DNA of 64,000 bases from an uncultured Ruminococcus sp. (GTDB lineage: Bacteria; Bacillota; Clostridia; Oscillospirales; Ruminococcaceae): the NCBI GenBank assembly GCA_946537515.1, contig CAMNFV010000001.1, forward strand, positions 6,812-70,811, given 5' to 3'. Below, in pieces: positions 25,318-34,904 of the stretch (the first letter of the stretch is position 1; each line of letters begins with the position of its first letter). The notes under the pieces are model-generated. The model searched no databases, was not told the DNA's origin, and saw nothing but the letters and a program-made list of their open reading frames with translations. A program made the position numbers and the translations under genes.

Positions 25318-26094
25318 TCAGACTATGCCGCCGGCTGCACCAAGTAATGTTTCATAGTAATCATAATCTTCCTGCTGAAACACATTGAAAATCACCTGTA
25401 TATCGTGACTTTTTCGGAACTCTCTGACAGTACGCACAGCAATCTGAGCCGCCTGCGCCTGCGGAAATCCAAACACTCCCGTTGAAATACAGCAGAAGGC
25501 GATACTCCCGATGCCATTCTCTACTGCAAGTGCGAGACAGCTTTTGTAGGAGCTTTCAAGCAGACGGCAATGCTCGTCTGAAAGCGGCCCATCCACAATC
25601 GGACCGACTGTGTGTATCACATAGTCACTAGGCAGATTATAAGCAGGGGTGATCTTTGCCTGGCCGGTCGGTTCTTCATGCCCTTGTTTCGCCATAATCT
25701 GACTGCACCGATAACGCAGACGCACACCGGCAAAGGTATGAATACAGTTGTCGATGCAGCTATGACACGGCTGCCAGCAGCCCGTCATACCTGAATTTGC
25801 AGCATTGACAATCGCACCGCATTTCAGCGTAGTGATATCGCCTTTCCAAAGATAAATCCCCTCTTCGATATATGAGAGGTCTGCAATATCCGTGATCCCT
25901 TTGCTGCGGGTCAAAGCCGTGAGATATTCGTCTTCAGCGTTGAGATAGTCATCGTTTGCTTTCACAGCAGGACGAATATTGACAAGGCTTCTGTAAAACC
26001 TGAATTGATCCGCCTGTGCTTCAGGTATCTCTATCCTGCAAAGGTCATTCCGCTCAGAAAGAAGATAGTTGATCAGAAATTCTGCTTGACTCAT
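25318..26094 (-). CDS. Macrodomain protein-ADP-ribose hydrolase (Cys/His-rich, Zn-macrodomain-like class)
   Basis: 258 aa. GAIVNAANSGMTGCWQPCHSCIDNCIH, VIHTVGP and CCISTGVFGFP. The N-terminal helical extension resembles those of sirtuin-linked macrodomains. Confidence 0.75.
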   Translation of the reverse strand: MSQAEFLINYLLSERNDLCRIEIPEAQADQFRFYRSLVNIRPAVKANDDYLNAEDEYLTALTRSKGITDIADLSYIEEGIYLWKGDITTLKCGAIVNAANSGMTGCWQPCHSCIDNCIHTFAGVRLRYRCSQIMAKQGHEEPTGQAKITPAYNLPSDYVIHTVGPIVDGPLSDEHCRLLESSYKSCLALAVENGIGSIAFCCISTGVFGFPQAQAAQIAVRTVREFRKSHDIQVIFNVFQQEDYDYYETLLGAAGGIV

Positions 26095-26191
26095 AAAATC
26101 ACCATCCTTCTTTCCATATCATAGCACAAAAATCTGATTTTTACAAGCCTGAATATGCAAGAGGTTCATCTCAGAGCCATAGTATGAACGA

Positions 26192-27338
26192 TCAGCCCGG
26201 CATTCCCATCAAGTCTTTCACCTGTAACGATTCAGAACTGCTCAAACGGCGATATGTTTGCAGAATCAGAACAAAGGCAACTGCAAATGTCAGGATATCA
26301 GAGACCGGCATCGAATACAGCACACCGTCCAGGCCAAAGAATCTCGGCAAAATCACCGCAAATCCGACACCAAATACAATTTCGCGAATCATTGAAAGCG
26401 CGGTCGATTCAACCGGCTTTCCCATTGCCTGAAGAAAAATAAAGCAGGCCTTATTCACGCAGGCAAAAATCATCATGCAAAGATAAATCCGGAAGGCGCG
26501 AATTGCAAATTCTGTATAATAGCTGCTCTCATTCGCTGCGCCGAAGATCCGGATCAGCTGCTCCGGGAACAATTCTACAATCAAAAGTGCTGCTGCACCG
26601 ACGATCGCTTCTGCTGTCAAAAGGCTCGTAAACAGCTTTCGTACTCTGAGATACAATTCAGCGCCCATATTGAATCCGACGATCGGAATGCACCCGGCTG
26701 CCATACCGACAACGATCGAGATCACAATCTGAAAGAACTTCATGACAATTCCGACAACCGCCATCGGAATCTGTGCAAACTGCGGCTGCCCGAAAACCGG
26801 ATCCAGCGCGCTGTATTTGCAGATCATATTATTGATTGCGGCCATAGCGGCAACAAGCGAGATCTGCGAAAGGAAACTCGTAATACCAAGCGTCAGCGTT
26901 CTGCCGATCACAGGAGCAGACGGCTTATAATCGGCAGCTTCAGGACGAATCTGTTTCATATGCCGCAAATACCATAACACCAGAAATGAGATACAATGCA
27001 CTCAGGAGCAGACTGCTGACGACGGTCAGCATAACAGAATTCGCGACACTTCGCTTTGCACTTGCCAGCTCATTCCGGTCAAGACTCAGGCTGACAAATG
27101 CACAGCAGCCGTCACCGATCATGACTGCGATCGCAAGTGCGATCACCGTCAGCGGAAATACAACTGTATTCGCCGCATTTCCATATGATCCGAGATATGA
27201 CGCATTTGCGATAAAAATCTGATCGACAATATTATATAATGCGCCGACCAGAAGCGAAATGATGCACGGGATCGCATACTGTTTCATCAGTTTCCTGACG
27301 GGTTCCCGTCCAAGACGGAGATTTACTGTTTGTTCCAT
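26192..27338 (-). pseudogene. MATE-family efflux transporter, disrupted by a frame change plus an apparent internal loss
   Basis: Two overlapping ORFs in different frames: 26940-27338 (MEQTVNLRLGREPVRKLMKQYAIPCIISLLVGALYNIVDQIFI...) and 26192-27001 (...RTLTLGITSFLSQISLV...). Together they give about 375 homologous residues, against roughly 450 expected for MATE proteins. Confidence 0.65.
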
Positions 27339-27671
27339 TGGTGAAAAATCCTCCTCAAACTAAAAACAGCATGTGCCCAGAGCTGGATTTATGCCCAAGG
27401 CGACACGCTGTTTTTATGAATATGAAATTGTATCCGCTTCTGCGGACAGAAAAAACGTGCAGCAAAACCGGATTTCCGCAGAATTGCTGCACGTTCTTTG
27501 CTTTCACATCAAATTATACCGAAAAGTTCAATGGGAGAAGAATAATAATCCTGACTTTTCGCTTCTTGGGTGTAAAAACGGAGCCGCGCACGGCGCGGTT
27601 ATATCATATTGTCTGAAAAAATGCAAATGGGAATTTTGCACAAAGATTCAGCGGCTTTTGCTGCCGGGAAA

Positions 27672-28004
27672 TCAGTTGTCATGTTCATGCATCTCGTCAA
27701 GCTTTTCTTCCGCGTCGGTCATCATTTCCGTCAGAACAGACTCCGCGGAATCCATTGCGGATTCTGCGCGGTCAATGATATCCGGTTCATCCCGATCGGT
27801 TTTCCGGTGGACATCATCCTCTTCATAGAGTTTATGATCGCGGTCTGTTTCTGTCACAGATTTCGCGGTCGTAGCTTTAGATACGGTTGTCGTTGCAGTA
27901 CGGGGCTGTTCAGCCTGATTCGTCAGCCGCTCCGTCCCGCATCCGGTCATCAGAATGCCGCAGAGCAGCGCCGCGAATCCGACATGATATTTTCGGTTCA
28001 TCAT
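27672..28004 (-). CDS. Small acidic lipoprotein, unknown function
   Basis: 110 aa. MMNRKYHVGFAALLCGILMTGC (lipobox) followed by a Thr/Asp/Glu-rich sequence. Confidence 0.55.
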   Translation of the reverse strand: MMNRKYHVGFAALLCGILMTGCGTERLTNQAEQPRTATTTVSKATTAKSVTETDRDHKLYEEDDVHRKTDRDEPDIIDRAESAMDSAESVLTEMMTDAEEKLDEMHEHDN

Positions 28005-28203
28005 AAAGGGATCGTTCCTTTCCGGCGATCAATCGCCAATCTCCCTGTATTCAGATACAGGGCAAATGTATCATGCCCCGAATCATCATCATTATGCATT
28101 CCCGTTTTTTTATTGTAAATCAATTTTTGAAATATGCAACCGTTTTATGAAAAAAGGTAGTATAATAATAGGAGCTCCGATCACGCACGAAGGGAGGAAC
28201 GAC

Positions 28204-28761
28204 ATGGACGATCAGACAATTATCGCATTATTCTTTCAGCGGGATGAATCTGCCCTGAAAGAAACTGCACAGAAGTATACTGCATACTGCCGGAACATTG
28301 CACTGCATCTTCTGTCGGATCAGCAGGATGCAGACGAAGTGCTGAATGATACATGGCTCGCGGCGTGGAACAGTATTCCCCCGCACAAACCGGAACATTT
28401 GCCGGGATTTCTCGGAAAGCTGACTCGCAATATCAGTCTGAAACGGATTCGCGCAGACCGGACACAGAAACGCAGTACGCCGGAATATCGCCTGGTTTAT
28501 GAGGAGATCGCAGACTGGCTGCAATCGCCGGAGAATGTCGAACAGCAAATCACACAGCAGGAATTGACCGCTTCGATCAATCTATTTCTCGGAAAACTGT
28601 CTGACACCGAACGAAATGTATTTGTCCGACGTTACTATTATATGCAGCCGGTCGCGGAAATTGCAGAAGCACAGGGATTTTCTAGCAGCAAAGTCAAATC
28701 CATGCTGCTGCGTATCCGCAAAAAGTTATATACTTATCTGAAAAAGGAGGACTTGCTATGA
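28204..28761 (+). CDS. ECF-type sigma-70 family factor
   Basis: ORF from 28066, trimmed to ATG 28204 (GGGAGG RBS). Motifs: DADEVLNDTWLAAW (region 2) and ERNVFVRRYYYMQPVAEIAEAQGFSSSKVKSMLLRIRKKL (region 4). Confidence 0.8.
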   Translation: MDDQTIIALFFQRDESALKETAQKYTAYCRNIALHLLSDQQDADEVLNDTWLAAWNSIPPHKPEHLPGFLGKLTRNISLKRIRADRTQKRSTPEYRLVYEEIADWLQSPENVEQQITQQELTASINLFLGKLSDTERNVFVRRYYYMQPVAEIAEAQGFSSSKVKSMLLRIRKKLYTYLKKEDLL

Positions 28762-29798
28762 ATCCTGATTTATTTCTGGATGCTGTCGGTCAGATCGACG
28801 AACGGTATCTCAATGTTGATATTCCGAAACAGCGCATCACACACCGCAGACTAAAAAAGCGCCTCATCGCTGTCGCCGCAGCTGCGATCGTTCTCATTGG
28901 TACGCTTCCGGCAATGACGGCTTTCGGCGTTGAGCCTGCATATGAAATGCTGTACAGAATGGCGCCTGCCGCTGCACAGCAGTTTACACCGGTCAGGAAA
29001 TCCTGTACCGATAACGGCATCGAAATGACCGTCATCTCCGCGAAACGGGACGGCAGCGAGGCAAGCATTTATCTTGCTATGCATGATATATCAGGCACTT
29101 GTCCTGACGGTAAATGGGATCTGTATGACAGCTATCACATCAATGTACCCCGAGATATCACAGGACATTGCAGCTTCTCGGAATATGATGCAGATACACA
29201 CACGGCATATTTTGTGGTGCATCTGGAGACGATGGACGGCAGCCCGATGCCGGACGGAAAAGTCACGTTCTCCGTTCGTGAGATGCTGCTGGGTCAGAGA
29301 GAAGAAACAGGGTCATCGCTTGCAGATATTGACATGAGCAGTATTCCGTATGAACCGCAAACCACGGAACTTCCTGTAATAATCAGCGGTTATGGGTATT
29401 TTCCGTATGAACCGCATGGGCATAAGGAGTTACCTTGTTCAAAGGACTATCGTTTTCTGATCGCACAGGAACAACCGCTGTGTACACCGGCTCCGTATGT
29501 TTCAGTCATGAACATCGGCTATATTGACGGCGCGCTGCATATTCTGATACGGTATGAGGATAATCTGCACACTGACAGTCATGGCCATATCAATCTGCTT
29601 GATAAAAACGGGAAAGAGATCGGTGATAAGACAGAAATCGGCTTTCACTATTGGGATGAACAGCAGATCGACAGTTATACCGAACAGATCATCCCTGTTC
29701 CCTATGAAATGCTGAATGAATGCAGCCTGCAAGGTGAATTCAGGTCTTCACAGAGATTTACTTCCGGCAACTGGCATGTAACATTTCCGCTGGAATAA
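28758..29798 (+). CDS. Anti-sigma-factor-like single-pass membrane protein
   Basis: The start overlaps the sigma gene stop (ATGA). TM helix LIAVAAAAIVLIGTLPAMTAF. Extracellular domain of about 280 aa from no family I recognise. Confidence 0.6.
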   Translation: MNPDLFLDAVGQIDERYLNVDIPKQRITHRRLKKRLIAVAAAAIVLIGTLPAMTAFGVEPAYEMLYRMAPAAAQQFTPVRKSCTDNGIEMTVISAKRDGSEASIYLAMHDISGTCPDGKWDLYDSYHINVPRDITGHCSFSEYDADTHTAYFVVHLETMDGSPMPDGKVTFSVREMLLGQREETGSSLADIDMSSIPYEPQTTELPVIISGYGYFPYEPHGHKELPCSKDYRFLIAQEQPLCTPAPYVSVMNIGYIDGALHILIRYEDNLHTDSHGHINLLDKNGKEIGDKTEIGFHYWDEQQIDSYTEQIIPVPYEMLNECSLQGEFRSSQRFTSGNWHVTFPLE

Positions 29799-29800
29799 AC

Positions 29801-29838
29801 AAAATCCGCTCCAATCGACCTGAATGGAGCGGATTTTT
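29801..29838. terminator. Bidirectional intrinsic terminator
   Basis: AAAATCCGCTCCA-atcgacctga-(a)TGGAGCGGATTTTT. Confidence 0.75.
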
Positions 29839-29839
29839 C

Positions 29840-30316
29840 TTATGCCTGAAGATCGGCAGTTTTGCCGTTTGTAGCGGCAAGGAACGCATCCGGCGAGAGG
29901 AAAATCTGCGTGCCGAGTCTGCCGCCGCTGACGATGATCTCATCATAAAGCGTTGCGGTCTCATCAAGAAAGACCGGGTAATCCTTTTTCATCCCGATTG
30001 CGGTACAGCCGCCGCGGATATAGCCTGTCACCGCAAGGATCTCCTTGACAGGCAGCAGCTGCACAGACTTCTCCCCTGCTGCGGCCGCCGCTTTTTTCAG
30101 ATCCATTTCCGCTGTCCCCTGCATCACAAATGCATAATGCTCGCCGCTCTTGCCGACGCACATCAGCGTTTTGAAGGTCTGCTCCGGATCCTGCCCGAGC
30201 ATCTGCGCGATCTGTACCGCATCGGTAAATTCATCACATTCATAGAAATTCACGCGGTGCGGCAGCTTTTTCTGCTCCAGAATCCGCATCGCATTGGTCT
30301 TTTGCTGTTTTGCCAA
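29840..30316 (-). CDS. ybaK: Cys-tRNA(Pro)/Cys-tRNA(Cys) deacylase YbaK
   Basis: ORF 29840-30361. TTG 30316 preferred (AGGAAG 7 nt upstream), giving (M)AKQQKTNAMRILEQ. Motifs: TLMCVGKSGEHYAFVMQG and AVTGYIRGGCTAIGMKK. Confidence 0.8.
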   Translation of the reverse strand: MAKQQKTNAMRILEQKKLPHRVNFYECDEFTDAVQIAQMLGQDPEQTFKTLMCVGKSGEHYAFVMQGTAEMDLKKAAAAAGEKSVQLLPVKEILAVTGYIRGGCTAIGMKKDYPVFLDETATLYDEIIVSGGRLGTQIFLSPDAFLAATNGKTADLQA

Positions 30317-30401
30317 AGCGCCCACTTCCTTAACAAAGATTATTCTTATACAGTATACCATAATCCTACAAAAAAATCAACTCTCCCGATACGATGCATG
30401 T

Positions 30402-30430
30402 TTGACTTTTTGATAGAGTTGTGATACAAT
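30402..30430 (+). promoter_or_regulatory. SigA-type promoter of the CobW-like / two-component gene set
   Basis: TTGACT (30402-30407), 17-nt spacer, TGaTACAAT (TACAAT at 30425-30430). Confidence 0.6.
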
Positions 30431-30467
30431 AACTGTGAATGAAAACCGAAAGGAAGGTGCTTGATTT

Positions 30468-31439
30468 ATGACGAAAATTGATCTGATCACCGGCATTCTC
30501 GGAGCCGGGAAAACGACGTTCCTGCTCAAATATGCACGGCATCTCATCGACAGCGGCCAGCGCATTGCGATCCTTGAAAATGATTTCGGCGCGGTCAACG
30601 CGGATATGGCGCTGCTGCAGGAGCTCAAATGCGAAAACTGCCAGCTCGAAATGATCTCCGGCGGCGGTGATGCACATTGTCACCGCAGACGCTTCCGGAC
30701 ACAGCTCATCGCGCTCGGAATGCAGCATTTTGACCGTGTCCTGATCGAGCCGTCCGGCATCTTTGATATGGACGAATTCTTTGATATTCTCCATGAACCG
30801 CCGGTCGATCAATGGTTTGAAATTACAAGTATTCTGACGATCCTCAATGCAGAAACTGAGGACCTGCTGACAGAGGAAATGGAGTATTTGCTTGCATCGG
30901 AAGCAGCCTGCGCCGGCAAACTGCTTTTGAGTAAACTCCCGCAGGAGAATCCGCAGGAACGGGCGGCAGAGATTCTTGCACATCTCAATGATGCGCTTGC
31001 CGGTATTCAATGCGACCGGCGATTCAGCGAAAACGATCTGTTCCTGAAAGACTGGAATCATCTGAATGCAGAAGATTTCACAATGCTTTCCGGCGCCGGA
31101 TACCGCAATGCAAGCTATGTCAAAAAATATCAGACGGATATGCTGCGCAGCGCAGTCCACTATTTCATGCATATCTGCCTGCCGGAACAGGAAATCGAAT
31201 CCGTCATCCGCGGCATTCTGGAAGACAGCGAATGCGGCCATATCTACCGGATGAAAGGTTCACTCCCGGCAGCCGACGGCACATGGCTGACGGTCAATGC
31301 CGAGAAAAACCGTATATCAGTCGCGCCGGCTGCAAACGGTCAGGCGGTTCTCATTGCGATCGGAGAAGACCTCAACCGCGAAGCCATTGACAGGCATCTG
31401 AAAGCGCAGAATAGCGATCCGGAGTATGTCTCGATCTGA
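30468..31439 (+). CDS. G3E-family (CobW/COG0523-like) GTPase with a non-canonical metal motif
   Basis: 323 aa. Walker A GILGAGKTTFL, ENDFG, IEPSGIFD. The usual GCxCC position reads ISGGGDAHCHRR and is preceded by CENC. Confidence 0.7.
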   Translation: MTKIDLITGILGAGKTTFLLKYARHLIDSGQRIAILENDFGAVNADMALLQELKCENCQLEMISGGGDAHCHRRRFRTQLIALGMQHFDRVLIEPSGIFDMDEFFDILHEPPVDQWFEITSILTILNAETEDLLTEEMEYLLASEAACAGKLLLSKLPQENPQERAAEILAHLNDALAGIQCDRRFSENDLFLKDWNHLNAEDFTMLSGAGYRNASYVKKYQTDMLRSAVHYFMHICLPEQEIESVIRGILEDSECGHIYRMKGSLPAADGTWLTVNAEKNRISVAPAANGQAVLIAIGEDLNREAIDRHLKAQNSDPEYVSI

Positions 31440-31538
31440 TTTGTGATCCTGCCCGATCCCTCCGGCAGAAAAATCACACAGAATGGATATACAAAGGATA
31501 CATCGCTCCGTTATCATAGAATCAGGGAGGTGAACAAC

Positions 31539-32216
31539 ATGGGTTACAGCATCCTGCTTGCAGAGGATGATCCGCAGATCCGCGAGATCATTACGGATTA
31601 TTTTTCGCAGAAGAGCGACGGCGAAATCTGCCTGACATGCGCAGAAAGCGGCACAGAAGCGCTTGATTTCTTCCGGAACAAAGCGTTTGATCTCATCATG
31701 CTGGATATCATGATGCCCGGCATCGACGGCTTTTCACTCTGCCGCGAAATCCGCGCCGGGAGTGATGTGCCGGTTCTCTTTCTCACGGCGCGCGCCCGCG
31801 AGGAAGACCTGCTCTACGGCTATGAACTCGGCTGCGATGACTACGTGATCAAGCCGTTTTCGCTTGCGGCGCTCTATGCAAAATGCACGGCGCTCCTGAA
31901 ACGCGCAAGCGGGACAATCCTGATCCCGGAGCTCGTCTGCGGCAGAATCCGGATGAATCTGCGGACACTCGCTGTCACAGCGAACGGTATCCCCGTGGAG
32001 CTTGCACCCAAGGAGTTCGCCTTACTGAAATTCCTGCTGGAACACAAAAACTGGGTCGTCTCGCGCGATATGCTGCTCGACCGCATCTGGGGCGCCGATT
32101 ATTTCGGCAGCGACAGGGTTGTCGATAACCATATCAAAAAACTGCGCCGGAAACTCGGTGATGCAGGCAGCCAGATTCGCACCGTGATCACGAAAGGCTA
32201 CCGGCTGACGGAATAA
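31539..32216 (+). CDS. OmpR-family response regulator
   Basis: ORF from 31443, trimmed to ATG 31539 (AGGGAGG RBS). ILLAEDDPQIREII, DLIMLDIMMPGIDG and a winged-helix C-terminus ending TVITKGYRL. Confidence 0.85.
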   Translation: MGYSILLAEDDPQIREIITDYFSQKSDGEICLTCAESGTEALDFFRNKAFDLIMLDIMMPGIDGFSLCREIRAGSDVPVLFLTARAREEDLLYGYELGCDDYVIKPFSLAALYAKCTALLKRASGTILIPELVCGRIRMNLRTLAVTANGIPVELAPKEFALLKFLLEHKNWVVSRDMLLDRIWGADYFGSDRVVDNHIKKLRRKLGDAGSQIRTVITKGYRLTE

Positions 32217-32236
32217 CAGCAAACGGAGGGATCATT

Positions 32237-33949
32237 ATGAAACAGGCAAGAAAACGCAGTTACTTCTCGTATTTTGCGAAAACGCTCGCAATTTTCCTTG
32301 CAGTTACCGCGGCGATCGGCGGAACTGCACTCTATGGTAAATATCAGAACCGTGTTGACAATACGACAATGGACTGCCAATCCAGACTGAATGCACTTGA
32401 AACGTGGCTCAGCAACCCGAAACACGCAGACCCGTCCTATGAGGATATCCGCGCCGAACTCGCATTCTGCTGCACAACCGACCCGTCCATAGACTCTGCA
32501 TTGATCCTCTATGACCGCGAAACCGGCAAAACCTATGACAGCACCGAACTGGTCTGGAGCTCCGTGCGCTTTCATGCGGATAATACCAAGCAGATCGCAA
32601 AGCTGAAAAAAGCAGCACCGACGCTTGCAGAAGAAAGCGCGCAGGATGACGGACGATATCTCATCAATCGCATCGTTGAAGATCCGGAGCGGATCAGGGA
32701 GCTTACGCCGCTTCAGCGGGAATCTTATGAATATTCTCTCCAAATCCGTGATCTTTACATTTGCGGCAGCGAGGTATACCCCGGAAAAATCGAAGTTTAC
32801 AGCGGCAAAAGACCGCTCCTTGACAAATTATTCAACCTGGATCTTCTAAATGATTTAAACCACCTGAAAGACATAGACCACGATCCGCCTGCCGGAAAGA
32901 ACTGTCTCCACTTTATAACCGAAAAAACAGTCGCAATCCCGGAGGACACAATCCGCGCAGATATGCTGATTTATATTCCGGTCGGCACAGCGCCGGACAG
33001 TCCCGCGATGAAGGAAGTTTACCGATATATGGCGCATAATCAGGGTGATTACAGCGTCAGCCCGGAGGGGGCATTTGAGTTTGAGAATATTCCAAAAAGA
33101 GCAGTCCTAACAGCGATTTCTTCCCCGTATTATCCGGAAGGAAACCGAGAAGATGCAAAGTATGAGATTTACTATATCGCCTTTTATGATTTCTGGCAGG
33201 AATATCTGCCGCGGCTGCTGTTCTGCACCGGCATCATCTTCCTGATCGAACTGCTGATCGCGGCGCTCATTGCAAAAATCATGCACATGAAGTACCGCAA
33301 GGCTTATGAGATGAATGAATACCGCCGGAATCTGACGGCAGCGCTTGCACATGATCTCAAATCGCCGCTGACCGCGATCTCCGGCTATGCAGAAAATCTG
33401 CGGGAGAATATTCACACCGAGAAGCGCGAAACATATGCAGATGCGATCCTTGAAAATACGCAGTATATGGACAAAATCATTGCAGATGTGCTGAACCTCG
33501 CAAAGCTGGAACGAATGCAGCCCGATCAGAAAGCAGAGGTCGATCTGAAGCAGCTTGCAGATGACGCACTCGCCCGCTATGCAGAACAAATCTCTGAAAA
33601 GCAGCTGACATACAGCTGTACCGGTTCCTGCACCGTCAAGGGCAATGCGCCGATGCTCTCGCAGGCAATCGGCAACCTCATTGACAATGCCGTTCGCTAT
33701 ACACCGGATGGCGGCAGCATCGAAATCCGTGCATTGGAAAAGGGATTTGCGATCCGGAATGATGCAGCAGATGTCCCCGATCCGGCGACAGTCTGCGAGC
33801 CGCTTATCAAGGGCGATACTGCAAGAACATCCCGCTCCGGAAGCGGCATGGGACTTGCAATCGTCCGTCAGATTATGCAGCTGCACAGATACCGCTTCTC
33901 TGTCAAATCGGAGAACGGCAAATTCACGGCAAAAATCAAAGTATCATAA
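32237..33949 (+). CDS. Sensor histidine kinase with a large extracytoplasmic domain (about 290 aa)
   Basis: 570 aa, two TM helices. H-box LAHDLKSPLTAISGYAENL, N-box NLIDNAVRYTP, G-box GSGMGLAIV. Confidence 0.85.
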   Translation: MKQARKRSYFSYFAKTLAIFLAVTAAIGGTALYGKYQNRVDNTTMDCQSRLNALETWLSNPKHADPSYEDIRAELAFCCTTDPSIDSALILYDRETGKTYDSTELVWSSVRFHADNTKQIAKLKKAAPTLAEESAQDDGRYLINRIVEDPERIRELTPLQRESYEYSLQIRDLYICGSEVYPGKIEVYSGKRPLLDKLFNLDLLNDLNHLKDIDHDPPAGKNCLHFITEKTVAIPEDTIRADMLIYIPVGTAPDSPAMKEVYRYMAHNQGDYSVSPEGAFEFENIPKRAVLTAISSPYYPEGNREDAKYEIYYIAFYDFWQEYLPRLLFCTGIIFLIELLIAALIAKIMHMKYRKAYEMNEYRRNLTAALAHDLKSPLTAISGYAENLRENIHTEKRETYADAILENTQYMDKIIADVLNLAKLERMQPDQKAEVDLKQLADDALARYAEQISEKQLTYSCTGSCTVKGNAPMLSQAIGNLIDNAVRYTPDGGSIEIRALEKGFAIRNDAADVPDPATVCEPLIKGDTARTSRSGSGMGLAIVRQIMQLHRYRFSVKSENGKFTAKIKVS

Positions 33950-33956
33950 TTCACCG

Positions 33957-33987
33957 CCGGTATCTTCGGATACCGGCTTTTATTTCG
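33957..33987 (+). terminator. Intrinsic terminator after the kinase gene
   Basis: CCGGTATC-ttcg-GATACCGG followed by CTTTTATTTCG. Confidence 0.75.
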
Positions 33988-34091
33988 TCAAAACAAAAGA
34001 AAAATCGCCAAAAACGGAATCTGCAAAATCCACATAAATTTACTCGGTTTTTATGTCCGTTTAGCTGAAACCGAGAAAATTTCGGTTTTTG

Positions 34092-34120
34092 TTGCCGAAG
34101 GAACTGTTTTTTGCTATAAT
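34092..34120 (+). promoter_or_regulatory. SigA-type promoter of the Suf-like pair
   Basis: TTGCCG (34092-34097), 17-nt spacer, TGcTATAAT (TATAAT at 34115-34120). Confidence 0.55.
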
Positions 34121-34158
34121 AGAGTGGAAGTGAGACTCTCAATATGAAAGGAGTGCAG

Positions 34159-34890
34159 ATGATGCTGCAACTGAATTCGATCGCTTTTCATGCAGAAACC
34201 AATGACGGAAAGGCTGAAATAATCCGCGATATCAGCCTGCACATTGATGCAAATAAATTTATCGTGATTACCGGCCCGAACGGCGGCGGTAAATCCACAC
34301 TCGCAAAAATCATTGCCGGAATCGAAACACCGACTTCCGGTACAATCACATTCCAGGGCGAGGATATTACCGATCTCTCGATCACGGACCGCGCAAAGCG
34401 CGGCATCGGCTTTGCATTTCAGCAGCCGGTCCGCTTCAAAGGTCTGACCGTTCTGGATCTGCTGCGGATTGCTTCCGGCAAGCAGATCACGATCGCAGAA
34501 GCTTGCGAATATCTCTCCGAGGTCGGCCTCTGCGCAAAGGATTATATCCACCGCGAGGTCAATGCTTCGCTCTCCGGCGGTGAGCTCAAGCGCATTGAAA
34601 TTGCGACAATCCTTGCGCGCGATGTCAAGCTCGCGATATTCGATGAACCGGAAGCCGGCATCGACCTCTGGAGTTTCCAGAATCTGATCCGTATCTTTGA
34701 GAAAATGCGTGAATCCACACAGGATCGTACAATTCTTGTCATTTCGCATCAGGAGCGGATTCTGAATATTGCAGATGAGATCATTGTGCTCGCAGACGGC
34801 AAAATCGAAAAGCAGGGTCCGAAGGAGCAGATCCTGCCCTCGATCATCGGCACACAGTACGCAGCAGATGTCTGCCGGAAATTATCCTGA
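34159..34890 (+). CDS. sufC: SufC-like Fe-S cluster assembly ABC ATPase
   Basis: ORF from 34144. ATG 34159 follows AAAGGAG. Walker A GPNGGGKST, signature LSGGELKR, Walker B LAIFDEPEAGID, H-loop ISHQ. Confidence 0.75.
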   Translation: MMLQLNSIAFHAETNDGKAEIIRDISLHIDANKFIVITGPNGGGKSTLAKIIAGIETPTSGTITFQGEDITDLSITDRAKRGIGFAFQQPVRFKGLTVLDLLRIASGKQITIAEACEYLSEVGLCAKDYIHREVNASLSGGELKRIEIATILARDVKLAIFDEPEAGIDLWSFQNLIRIFEKMRESTQDRTILVISHQERILNIADEIIVLADGKIEKQGPKEQILPSIIGTQYAADVCRKLS

Positions 34891-34904
34891 GGAGGCGGTC
34901 AGTC

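Noticed and set aside
30362-30467. Zur box or riboswitch upstream of the CobW-like gene, and a cre-like site at about 48440-48470 upstream of GH9
   Set aside because: There is no match to the TCGTAAT-n-ATTACGA-type palindrome. The GH9 upstream sequence TGAACAATCGTTGAACA does not fit the cre consensus register.
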